Assembly: GCF_000008645.1 (NCBI RefSeq)
Contig: NC_000916.1
Coordinates: forward strand, 210,001 to 242,000
Length of the DNA: 32,000 nt
DNA from: Methanothermobacter thermautotrophicus str. Delta H
GTDB taxonomy: Archaea; Methanobacteriota; Methanobacteria; Methanobacteriales; Methanothermobacteraceae
Direction of reading: 5' to 3'
Shown: piece by piece, positions 1 to 7,917 of the stretch
How the letters are laid out: each line of letters opens with the position of its first letter
Numbering within the stretch: position 1 is the first letter of the stretch
Notes under the pieces: model-generated
Databases searched by the model: none
Told to the model about the DNA's origin: nothing
Seen by the model: only the letters and a program-made list of their open reading frames with translations
Program-made: the position numbers and the translations under genes

Positions 1-6
1 GAGGGG

Positions 7-486
7 ATGAAGGAGGAGCTGGGTGCAGATACCGGGGCTGATCTCTACGGGAGGTTAAAGGAATTTGATGCCGTGCTCTTTGCTGACAGGTTCCATGACA
101 GCCATGAATTCTCCAGCTTCTCCGGTTTCAGCCAGTGGACCAGAAATGGGGGCCTGGAGCCACTCAGGTTTTACCTTAAATGTGCAGGGGAGTACCTCAA
201 AAACAGGAGGGTCCTTGCGGAGGTCAACATCATCTTTCAGACAGCATGGAGGTTTTACTTCAGGGGTAAAAAGTATGACCTCTTCACTGATATCCCGGTT
301 ATTTCTTCTCTCCTGTTTCATACACTTTCAATCCCCTTCAGGGCGGTGAAAATAGATTACAGTAGAAAGGAAACCTTAAATATTATAAGGGCCCACCTTG
401 ATGCTGATGAATCTGAGATCCAGAGACTGATTGACCTCTACGGCTGCAGACCAAGGATCATAATGGAGAAGCTGGGATCATGCTGA
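7..486 (+). CDS. hypothetical protein (may be 5'-truncated by the window edge)
   Basis: 159-aa ORF. The frame stays open back to nt 1. Its stop (484-486) overlaps the ATG (480) of the next gene, which suggests co-translation. I recognised no motif. Confidence 0.5.
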   Translation: MKEELGADTGADLYGRLKEFDAVLFADRFHDSHEFSSFSGFSQWTRNGGLEPLRFYLKCAGEYLKNRRVLAEVNIIFQTAWRFYFRGKKYDLFTDIPVISSLLFHTLSIPFRAVKIDYSRKETLNIIRAHLDADESEIQRLIDLYGCRPRIIMEKLGSC

Positions 487-1265
487 GGACACTCCTTCGT
501 TCAACAAGGATGAGCTGGGGCGCCAAGAACATCCACATGTACCTCCTTGCACTCACCTATGCATCGGCTGCAGACCCCTTCAGATTCCTTGCCGGGCTAC
601 TCCTTGTCACATTACTCTGGGGTGCCCTTTACTCACTGAATGACCTCACAGACATTGATAATGATAGAAAGGACAGGATGAAGAGGAAGAGGCCCTTCAT
701 AGAGAACCATGTGGATCCCCGGAAGGTGCTGCTCTTTGTGGGTCTCCTCCTTCTGGTGTCCCTTGCTGGGGCCTGTCTCCTGGACAGGGTATTCTGTCTG
801 ATACTCCTTCTGATGGTCCTGAACCAGTTCCTGTACACACTGCCGCCTGTGAGGCTTAAGGATACTGTCATCGCCCCCCTTGCAAGCACCGCAACAAACA
901 CAGTCCTGAGACTTGCATCTGCCGCTGTACTCCTGGGGGGTCTCCTGGTGGTACCTGTACCCGTATATGTGCTCATGTACCTGGCGGGTATGGGGACATA
1001 CCTCATGTACAAGGAGATGCGCGGCCTCACAACTCTGGTGTCCACGGCATTCTGCATTTTACTTGCCTTCTCTTACCTCTGGGGGTATATCAGCATCCTC
1101 CAGATTCTCCTGGTCATAGTACCACCCTTCCTTGCAACGGTACCCCTCTATCTCTCAAACTTCCGGGACAGGGAGCGCATGGTTGAGGTGGCCGATGTGA
1201 TCTATCACAGGGTTCTTGTGACCATATACATGATATGCATACTTGTGCTCCTCTTCCTGAGGTGA
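480..1265 (+). CDS. UbiA-family aromatic/isoprenoid prenyltransferase (polytopic membrane protein)
   Basis: 261 aa and strongly hydrophobic throughout. It has the Asp-rich motif NDLTDIDNDRKD (NDxxDxxxD) typical of UbiA prenyltransferases. It is coupled to the upstream ORF. Confidence 0.7.
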   Translation: MLRTLLRSTRMSWGAKNIHMYLLALTYASAADPFRFLAGLLLVTLLWGALYSLNDLTDIDNDRKDRMKRKRPFIENHVDPRKVLLFVGLLLLVSLAGACLLDRVFCLILLLMVLNQFLYTLPPVRLKDTVIAPLASTATNTVLRLASAAVLLGGLLVVPVPVYVLMYLAGMGTYLMYKEMRGLTTLVSTAFCILLAFSYLWGYISILQILLVIVPPFLATVPLYLSNFRDRERMVEVADVIYHRVLVTIYMICILVLLFLR

Positions 1266-1389
1266 TGCAGATTATCATTCAGGATTTTTTAGGGTTGGGG
1301 GTGTTAAAGGTTGTCTCTCCTGCCCTCTATTTCAGGAGAGTCCTGATTTTTCTGGAGAGGTGAGGAACTTCATCTGCAGTCAGATATGC

Positions 1390-1396
1390 AAAAAAA
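1390..1396 (-). terminator. oligo-T tract (T7 on the minus strand) downstream of the 1424..1810 gene
   Basis: A7 on the plus strand, about 28 nt past the stop of the minus-strand gene. Archaeal terminators are oligo-T runs. Confidence 0.4.
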
Positions 1397-1423
1397 CTAA
1401 TATTTGGAAGAGTTCAGAACCCT

Positions 1424-1810
1424 TCATTCAGTGAAATGCGCTCTGAAAATTTCCTTGAGGATCCCCCAGCAGAATTTGCATGCGGGTGTCTGGAGGAACC
1501 CTGCAACTCTAAAATCACTCTTATTAAACCTTTGAGATTCTGGCTCAATCACCTTTTTATTGTCTGAAAAAATGCCGAAGATGACCAGCAGGTAAGCTAT
1601 GATCCGGATTATTATAAGTGCCACCGCACCACTTGGGTATCCTGCCAGCTGGGCTAGATGTGATACTCCAAATAAGCCGAAGGCTATTCCGATGTAAAGG
1701 AGCAGCGGACTTTCAAGTTTCCTGAAGCCCAGGTATCCCATTACAAGGATTATCATGCAGAATATAAAATTAATGGTAAGCACAGGTTCCATGATAAATG
1801 CCATCTTCAA
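1424..1810 (-). CDS. small integral membrane protein, unknown function
   Basis: 128 aa with about 3-4 hydrophobic helices. A GGGGGTGAT Shine-Dalgarno-like sequence lies just upstream of ATG 1810. Confidence 0.55.
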   Translation of the reverse strand: MKMAFIMEPVLTINFIFCMIILVMGYLGFRKLESPLLLYIGIAFGLFGVSHLAQLAGYPSGAVALIIIRIIAYLLVIFGIFSDNKKVIEPESQRFNKSDFRVAGFLQTPACKFCWGILKEIFRAHFTE

Positions 1811-2026
1811 TCACCCCCTTTATAATTAATAGTAACATTCTCTATTTCCTATTATTTAATATCTGCAGTTTTCGTCTCACAGGAGATCTCAGGATCTTAA
1901 AAAGTAGGATTCATGAAAACTGGTCCTCATGGGTATGGGGGTATGGAACTGATCAGTTTATCAGCCAGCGAAGATGATACCAGCAGCTCATGTTCCTCTC
2001 ATTAAATGAAGAAAATTAGAATTTTA

Positions 2027-3220
2027 TTAGAAGAGTTTTCCGAGTTTGAGCAGAGCCTTTGGCGAAACCTTTATGAGCTTCTTCACAAGCTCGGTGGTGC
2101 TCACCTTCTCAAATTCAACGTCCTGGAAGGCCTCTGCAATTGAGTCGAGCTCACTGTCACTGAGTGTAAGCAGGTACTCCTTGACCTTGAGATACTTTGA
2201 TATCTCATCCCCGATCTCTTCACGGCAGAGCCTCTCATACTCACCGAGCCGCCTGGCAGTTACATCACCCTCAGAGACAGCTGCAGCTGCAACCTGGCCT
2301 GCGAGCATACCCCCCTTCATACCGCTTATTATACCTCCACCTGTGAGGGGGTTGACCTGACCTGCGGCGTCACCCACAACCATGAGGCTGTCGGCCACCA
2401 GTTTCTTTGGCATGCCACCAACCGGGTCACCTCCAATGTTGAGTTCAACCGGCTGCGCGTTCCTGGTGGCAGGGCATGATTCAACGAACTCAAGGAGGTG
2501 CTCATAGGCGCTCTTATCGGTCTCTGTTGAAAGAACCCCAAGGCCAACATTGGCGATGTCATCGCCTTCGGGAATATCCAGGGCATAACCGCCAGGAGCA
2601 ACGCTTCCAAAGTAGAACTCTATACAGTTGTTGTCCTCCATCTCAACACCGACCATCTCAAACTGGGCCGCTGACTCCATATCCTTCGGCCTTGTGGCTG
2701 TGTTGAGGCCGGCCCACCTTGCAACCCTTGATTCGGGTCCATCTGCAGCGATGACTATCCTGGCCTTTATCTCAAATTTCTCTCCCATGCACTCTGCACT
2801 TACAAGGTAGCCGTCATCGGTCCTCTCCATTCCGGTTGCAATGGTCTTCACCATTATCCTGGAGCCGGCCCTTGCAGCGTCCATGGCCATGAATTTGTCG
2901 AAGACCTTCCTCTCAAGGATGTAACCTGCCTCAGGGAGCTCGACCTTATCGGATGTTAACCATACATCGGTGCCGTTTGGTGAAACCATGCGGACACCGT
3001 CGAGTTTCTTTGTGATCCAGCGGGGGTTTGGCTCTATACCCAGGGATTCAAGGCCCCCTATGGACACGCCCTCAGCACACCTCTTCGGGGCTCCTATCTC
3101 TGATTTCTTGTCTATAAGGAGTACATCGGCTCCTCCAAGGGCTGCATGTTTTGCTGCGGTTGAACCGGCTGGTCCGGCTCCGATTACAAGTACATCCACT
3201 TCAGTCACCATGATGATCAC
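2027..3220 (-). CDS. geranylgeranyl reductase family flavoprotein (archaeal lipid/digeranylgeranylglycerophospholipid reductase type)
   Basis: 397 aa with an N-terminal FAD fold, VLVIGAGPAGSTAAKHAA (GxGxxG). Length and layout are typical of archaeal GGR. The likely true start is ATG 3211 (MVTEVDV...), 6 nt after the stop of the upstream ferredoxin ORF. Confidence 0.9.
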   Translation of the reverse strand: MIIMVTEVDVLVIGAGPAGSTAAKHAALGGADVLLIDKKSEIGAPKRCAEGVSIGGLESLGIEPNPRWITKKLDGVRMVSPNGTDVWLTSDKVELPEAGYILERKVFDKFMAMDAARAGSRIMVKTIATGMERTDDGYLVSAECMGEKFEIKARIVIAADGPESRVARWAGLNTATRPKDMESAAQFEMVGVEMEDNNCIEFYFGSVAPGGYALDIPEGDDIANVGLGVLSTETDKSAYEHLLEFVESCPATRNAQPVELNIGGDPVGGMPKKLVADSLMVVGDAAGQVNPLTGGGIISGMKGGMLAGQVAAAAVSEGDVTARRLGEYERLCREEIGDEISKYLKVKEYLLTLSDSELDSIAEAFQDVEFEKVSTTELVKKLIKVSPKALLKLGKLF

Positions 3221-3378
3221 CTCTCAAGGGCCCTGACCGGGCACACCTGTATGCATATGTTGCATTCCCTGCACTCATCCTCTCTGAATTTGAGGGATGT
3301 CTCCCTAACCTCTATGAGGTTCCGTGGGCATACACCTGCACATTCCCCACAGAACATACACCATTCCTTAACCTTCAT
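3217..3378 (-). CDS. 2x[4Fe-4S] ferredoxin (53 aa), not in the supplied ORF track
   Basis: My own minus-strand translation gives MKVKEWCMFCGECAGVCPRNLIEVRETSLKFREDECRECNICIQVCPVRALER. It contains two CxxCxxCxxxCP motifs. It sits directly upstream of, and is coupled to, the geranylgeranyl reductase, which is a common archaeal pairing. Confidence 0.8.
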   Translation of the reverse strand: MKVKEWCMFCGECAGVCPRNLIEVRETSLKFREDECRECNICIQVCPVRALER

Positions 3379-3490
3379 GGTTATCAACCTAAAATCAATT
3401 CTTCAGATCATGAATCTTTTATCATGGGGTTGCTTATACTTTGGGGTTAACCCTTTATAGTTCCTAATCTTTCACTGGAGGAGTATTTAT

Positions 3491-3600
3491 ATGTTTATAT
3501 GTTATGGCTCTGTTTGCGGGAACTGCCTCATCCTATGTTTATATGTTATGGCTCTGTTTGCGGGAACTGCCTCATCCTATGTTTATATGTTATGGCTCTG
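3491..3600. repeat. perfect 44-bp tandem repeat, 2.5 copies
   Basis: The unit atgtttatatgttatggctctgtttgcgggaactgcctcatcct occurs at 3491-3534 and 3535-3578, with a 22-bp partial copy at 3579-3600. Each unit carries a TTTATAT motif. Confidence 0.95.
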
Positions 3601-3709
3601 ATTCGGGACCGGCATCAGCTACTGCCTTGATAGGAGATGGGAGCACTCAGGTCAACCTCGCGAAAATTATAAATCCAGTCACTGACAATAATTATTAGGG
3701 AGGTTAATT

Positions 3710-4210
3710 ATGAAGAAGATTTTATTTCTGGTTCTTGTGGCCGCAACGGTGCTTGTATAGGGTTGTGTGAGTGAGGAACCCCAGTATAAGAGTTTCTCTG
3801 AGGGAACACTGAACTTCACCTATCCTGCGGCATGGGAGACATTTAACCCTGAGAATGCCCAGAGTGCCTTCACAAAGGAACCCGGAATTTCAAAGGATGT
3901 TATAGTCTATGTGGGTAACAGCAGTCATGATTTTGCCGCTGCAAAGGTCACGGCACGATCAGGTTACTACCTCAAGGACGTCGAGACAGTAAAAAATCAG
4001 ATGGCTAAAAATGAGGGTGTTACATCTGCAGAGATACGCAGTATAGCGGGGCGTAACGCTGCAGTGGTAACAGCCACGGACTCAACAACGCGCACCACCT
4101 TCGTTTACCTGAAGCTCAGCAGGACCAGTGGCTATGCCTTCATGTATGAGGGCCCACTATCTGATACTGCAACCCTTGAGGCCATACTCAGCAGTGTCAG
4201 GATAACATAA
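3710..4210 (+). pseudogene. putative secreted lipoprotein interrupted by an in-frame TAG in the lipobox (or N-terminally truncated product starting at GTG 3767)
   Basis: A GGGAGGT SD at 3698-3704 is followed by ATG 3710, encoding MKKILFLVLVAATVLV-TAG(3758-3760)-GCVSEEPQYKS... in the same frame as track ORF 3767..4210. This is a classic signal peptide plus a lipobox Cys. Confidence 0.6.
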
Positions 4211-4220
4211 ACCCTCTCTT

Positions 4221-6290
4221 TTATTTTTTCTGGTTCAGTACCATCATGACCTCTGACATGAATTCATTCTCCCCCAGACGTTTCATTGTGGCTGCAAGCC
4301 TCTCCCTCTGGGGCTTATCTGCGCAACTCCCGTACACATCCAGGACGGCGTCTATGCAGTCAAGTATTTCACCGGGATCATCAATGCGCATGCTCAGACC
4401 CTCCCTGAGTTCTCTTCCAGCTTTACCGCCAATGTAGAGCACATAACCCTTATCCTTAACCTCCCTTGCGCTGTGCGGACATGATTTTATGCACTTCCCG
4501 CAGCCCACACAGAGGTCATAGCTGGTGTAGGATGTCTCCCCCCTTACGCTGACTGCCTCAACCTTGCAGACCTCTTCACATCTTCCGCAGCCATTGCAGA
4601 GATCCTCAGAGGTTACGGGAAATTCGACACCCACCACTCCAATGTCATGTATCTGGGGCCTCATGCACTTGTTAGGACATCCGCTTACAGCTATCTTGAA
4701 TTTGTAGGGGGCTGGTCTCTCCCTGAACCGTTCCTCGATTGCGGTGCAGATCTCCTCTGTGTCTATGATCCCCGTTCCGCAGTTCTCCTTACCCGGACAT
4801 GCGAGGGTTGCCCTTACAAGGGGGCCCTCTGAACCTGTGAGGAGACCGGCGGAGTTCAGTTCATTGACGGCGTCTTCAACATCAAAGCCATTTATTCCGT
4901 GGAGTTCATAGGATCCCCTGTTGGTGATTTTGATCCTTGCACCGTATTTCTCTGCCACCTGAACGATGTCCATGATTCTGTCGGGGCTGTACCATCCTGC
5001 TGGATGTGCCCTTATCCTTATGAAGTATGTTCCATCAGCCCTCTCTGAGACCCCCGGGTGATCTGAGGTCCAGTAGAAGGATATGTAATCACCGTTTTCT
5101 CTTCTTTTCTCAATTTCCCTTCTGAATCTTTTTAGCTTCAGTTTCCTCAGCCTTTCGATGGCCTCCCTGTCTGCGCCCTCCAGCAGATCCAGGGCCTCCC
5201 TGATTTCAGCACCCCTATCTGTCCTTATTATGACGGTTGAGTACCCATCAGGGCTTCCGGCAGAGCCTATGGAGACGTCTGCAAGTTCAGCATCGAAGTC
5301 CCTGCAGAGCCTGCAGCCATCACAGAGCCCTATCCTGCTGAGTTCAATGGTGCGTTCACCTCCATCGAGATGGACAACCATTTTACCTCTTCGGATGTCG
5401 AACTTTTTGACTTCGCTGATATCAATGCCCTCATCCATGAGTGCCTCCCTGAGGTCAGTGTATTCGAATTTCTCTGTGCAGAAGAGGCCTATGAGGTACC
5501 TTATCTCGGGGAGCTTCACGGGTCTGCCGCTCCTTCCAAGTTCAGGGTCATGCTTTGCAAGGTATGGGAAGTACTGAAGCTTACGCAGTCCATTGATCTG
5601 GCATGGCAGCGCAACAACCGCCACACTCTCAAGGCCAAGTTCTGATGCTGTTTTAAGTGCTTCAAGGGTTGATATGCTGTACTTTGAACCGCTCGTTGCT
5701 TCGAGGTCATCTGTGCTCTGGACAACCAGCGATACTGGTTTCCATTTTTCATGACCCACAACTATGGCGCCGTCTATCCGGTCATTCTCCATGAGGTACC
5801 TCAGGAAGGATGTTACCACTCCACCGTCCTGCCCCCTGGCAGTGCCCCTTCCGTAGAGGATCTCCTCCCTGAAGTTTTCACGTATCCCTATCTGGTATTT
5901 GCCTGATGACACCCGGGGGCATACCTCGAAGCACATCCCGTGACCATTTCTCAGGCATTCCTCTGTTAGTTCGGGTCTGCCATTGAATGTCAGGATGTTG
6001 TTGGGACATATCACTGCACAGGTCCCGCACCTTGCACAGATCCCACCATCGACGATTCCCTCCAGTTTCCATTTTCTGATTGATGGGTACATTCTCGCAA
6101 GTTTTTCGGGGGATCCCATACGTGAAATGGCCTCCAGGATCACATCCTCATTCACGCTGGTTTTTCTGCTGGCTGCTATCGCCTCTGCGCTGTCAAGTAT
6201 ATGTGTTTCCAGTTCACGTGCAACCTCCTCCCTCTCCTCAGGGGGCATCCTTCTGGTCACAGCTGCTATGAATTCATCAACTTTATTCAT
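4221..6290 (-). CDS. fsr: F420-dependent sulfite reductase-like fusion (FrhB/FdhB-type F420 domain + siroheme sulfite/nitrite reductase half) with an extra N-terminal HAAS/DUF1700-like helical module
   Basis: 689 aa. Residues ~1-70 (MNKVDEFIAAVTRRMPPEEREEVARELETHILDS...GSPEKLARMY) resemble the helical module usually encoded next to PadR regulators. Next come ferredoxin Cys clusters (CARCGTCAVICP, CFEVCP) and an FrhB-like core (GQDGGVVTSFL...ALPCQINGL...GLFCTEKF). The C-terminal SiR half follows (TLACPGKENCGTG, AVSGCPNKCMRPQ, CNGCGRCEEVC, CVGCGKCIKSCP). Confidence 0.85.
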   Translation of the reverse strand: MNKVDEFIAAVTRRMPPEEREEVARELETHILDSAEAIAASRKTSVNEDVILEAISRMGSPEKLARMYPSIRKWKLEGIVDGGICARCGTCAVICPNNILTFNGRPELTEECLRNGHGMCFEVCPRVSSGKYQIGIRENFREEILYGRGTARGQDGGVVTSFLRYLMENDRIDGAIVVGHEKWKPVSLVVQSTDDLEATSGSKYSISTLEALKTASELGLESVAVVALPCQINGLRKLQYFPYLAKHDPELGRSGRPVKLPEIRYLIGLFCTEKFEYTDLREALMDEGIDISEVKKFDIRRGKMVVHLDGGERTIELSRIGLCDGCRLCRDFDAELADVSIGSAGSPDGYSTVIIRTDRGAEIREALDLLEGADREAIERLRKLKLKRFRREIEKRRENGDYISFYWTSDHPGVSERADGTYFIRIRAHPAGWYSPDRIMDIVQVAEKYGARIKITNRGSYELHGINGFDVEDAVNELNSAGLLTGSEGPLVRATLACPGKENCGTGIIDTEEICTAIEERFRERPAPYKFKIAVSGCPNKCMRPQIHDIGVVGVEFPVTSEDLCNGCGRCEEVCKVEAVSVRGETSYTSYDLCVGCGKCIKSCPHSAREVKDKGYVLYIGGKAGRELREGLSMRIDDPGEILDCIDAVLDVYGSCADKPQRERLAATMKRLGENEFMSEVMMVLNQKK

Positions 6291-6619
6291 TGATCAACCT
6301 CCGTAAGGTCTTCAAGGGACCTGTTTATTGATCTGAAGAGTTCAAGCCACTTTTTTCTGACTCTCTTCCCGTAATCTGTCACAGTATAGTATTTCCTTGG
6401 TCGTGTGTCGTCCGTGCTCCACCTGCTGCTGAGGATTCCCTCCCCTTCAAGTCTTCTAAGGAGGGGGTATAGGGTTCCTTCCTCGACGCGAAATCCGGAT
6501 TCTTTGAGTTTTTTAACAATTTCGTATCCGTATCTCTCATTTTCAAGTAGACAGATCACTTCAAGCTGTATTGCGCCGCGCCTCAGCTCCCTTTCAAATC
6601 TTTCACAGACACTGCTCAT
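6287..6619 (-). CDS. PadR-family winged-helix transcriptional regulator
   Basis: The sequence ...YGYEIVKKLKESGFRVEEGTLYPLLRRLEGEGILSSRWSTDDTRPRKYYTVTDYGK matches the PadR signature. The likely start is ATG 6619 (MSSVCERF), preceded by GTGAGGGAT; the track start at 6661 would lie inside the promoter. The stop overlaps the fsr-like ATG as ATGA (6287-6290). Confidence 0.9.
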   Translation of the reverse strand: MSSVCERFERELRRGAIQLEVICLLENERYGYEIVKKLKESGFRVEEGTLYPLLRRLEGEGILSSRWSTDDTRPRKYYTVTDYGKRVRKKWLELFRSINRSLEDLTEVDQ

Positions 6620-6642
6620 TGGATGATCCCTCACATGATATG

Positions 6643-6690
6643 GCACATATATGTGCTGCACACAGTACCTTGTACCACACAGTATATAAA
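6643..6690 (-). promoter_or_regulatory. PadR-operon promoter: TATA-like box (6683-6690) plus a perfect 14-bp palindrome gcacatatatgtgc (6643-6656)
   Basis: Read on the minus strand, TTTATATA is followed ~25-30 nt later by the palindrome, about 25 nt upstream of ATG 6619. That geometry fits an autoregulatory operator over the transcription start. Confidence 0.45.
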
Positions 6691-6700
6691 CCTTGTCACG

Positions 6701-6860
6701 CAGGGAGTGCCTTCACCAGAAACAGGGATCTCAAAGGATGCTTAAAGTAATATGAAGCTTCTGCAGAGATCACCGCACCATCAGCTTATTACCGCAGGGA
6801 CTTTGAGACCCTAAAGAATCAGATGGCCAGGAAGGAGGGCGTTACATCTGCAGATGCTAG
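6701..6860 (+). pseudogene. decayed remnant of a paralogue of the 3710..4210 lipoprotein gene
   Basis: There is clear nucleotide and peptide similarity to 3859-4035, for example ...PETGISKDA vs ...KEPGISKDV and ETLKNQMARKEGVTSAD vs ETVKNQMAKNEGVTSAE. The remnant has a stop, a frame change and no N-terminus. Confidence 0.6.
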
Positions 6861-6920
6861 CCAATCCAGAGTGTATCAGAAACAGCTGATAGGACACCCG
6901 TGTAGGGATCCTGAATCTCA

Positions 6921-7847
6921 TCAGATCCCATTTTTTATTCCTCCAAAGTTCTGGAGGATTTCAATTTCTTCTTCAGATAGTTCAGGGACACCCTTTATGA
7001 TCACAGGTATTTCGCTGATTGGCTTTGCCCTTGTCACATCATTTTGGAGTTTCTGATATACAGCATCTATGGCCCAGCCATAGTTAAGGTCATCTGCTTC
7101 GGTGATCCAGAGGGTGTCGATGTCTGCGTTTCTCGCATTTTTTGTTTTCTCATCCCACATGCTGATGAATAACCTGTCTTCCTGTCTCCATGAGTATTCA
7201 GCATCACCGATTATACCCACAACCTCCTTTACACCATCCTCAAGGAACTTTGAGTGACCGCAGACGCGGCAGACCACGAACTGGCCCTCCCGGGTGTGGA
7301 TTTTCTTTGGTCTGAAGAGGTCCCTCCCGCATATCAGTGTCCCGTAATTATCCTTCAGGGGCCTCTGAGCCTTCTTCAGTTTCTCAATGGCCTTCCTGGT
7401 AGCTACCCTGACAGTTTCATGGGGGTCGTTGAGGGCTTCCCTCAGTGCATCAAGGACCACGGCGTCCCCTGTCTCTCCAAGGTAATCTGCGGCCCTGGCC
7501 CTCACCTCTGGATCAGAGGAGTCCCTGAGGTATCCAGTGATCTTTTTAATTACATCCCCGTATTCAGGGCTCTCAGGGTCAAGTCCGTCCCTCAAGCCAT
7601 TCAGGGCGATCATATCACCATTTATGGGCGGCACTGTTTTGGCGGAAGCATGGGTTCCGGGATGCTCCTGCTGATCAGGGGAGCCTGAAATACCTACCAA
7701 GAACAATAAGAGAACAATGATGGCTATCAGGGCCAGATAACCCCACACACCTATCCATGATATTATTAGATAGGATACAAAAAGGATTACAATCAGAAAT
7801 AGACAGCCAGCGCAGGTATCCTCTCCTTCCATAGACACCACCCTCAA
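6921..7847 (-). CDS. membrane-anchored HEAT-repeat protein with Zn-ribbon-like CxxC pair and unknown C-terminal domain
   Basis: 308 aa with two N-terminal TM helices. HEAT/PBS-lyase-type repeats are present (DPEVRARAADYLGETGDAVVLDALREALNDPHETVRVATRKAIEKL). These are followed by ICGRD...VCRVCGH. An alternative start is ATG 7832. Confidence 0.7.
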   Translation of the reverse strand: MRVVSMEGEDTCAGCLFLIVILFVSYLIISWIGVWGYLALIAIIVLLLFLVGISGSPDQQEHPGTHASAKTVPPINGDMIALNGLRDGLDPESPEYGDVIKKITGYLRDSSDPEVRARAADYLGETGDAVVLDALREALNDPHETVRVATRKAIEKLKKAQRPLKDNYGTLICGRDLFRPKKIHTREGQFVVCRVCGHSKFLEDGVKEVVGIIGDAEYSWRQEDRLFISMWDEKTKNARNADIDTLWITEADDLNYGWAIDAVYQKLQNDVTRAKPISEIPVIIKGVPELSEEEIEILQNFGGIKNGI

Positions 7848-7858
7848 CTTTTACAGTG

Positions 7859-7917
7859 TGATGATTAGATTAAATTTCATTCATCTAATAAAGTTAACTA
7901 ATCATCATTTTATAAAT
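7859..7917 (+). promoter_or_regulatory. putative promoter of the 7955-15622 cluster: 10-bp inverted repeat (7859-7868 / 7898-7907) abutting TATA box TTTATAAATA (7908-7917)
   Basis: tgatgattag and ctaatcatca are exact reverse complements separated by 29 nt. A nested ttagat/atctaa pair lies at 7865-7870 and 7883-7888. The TATA-like box is ~38 nt upstream of GTG 7955 and ~65 nt upstream of ATG 7982. Confidence 0.4.

Noticed and set aside
3491-3600. Possibility that the 44-bp repeat is a CRISPR array.
   Set aside because: The units are directly abutting with no unique spacers, only 2.5 copies are present, and no cas genes lie nearby. It is a plain tandem repeat.
3758-3760. In-frame TAG read as pyrrolysine.
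   Set aside because: No pyl genes are in the window. Pyl decoding is known from Methanosarcinales and Methanomassiliicoccales rather than Methanobacteriales, and the position inside a lipobox has no functional rationale. A nonsense mutation or a sequencing error is more likely.
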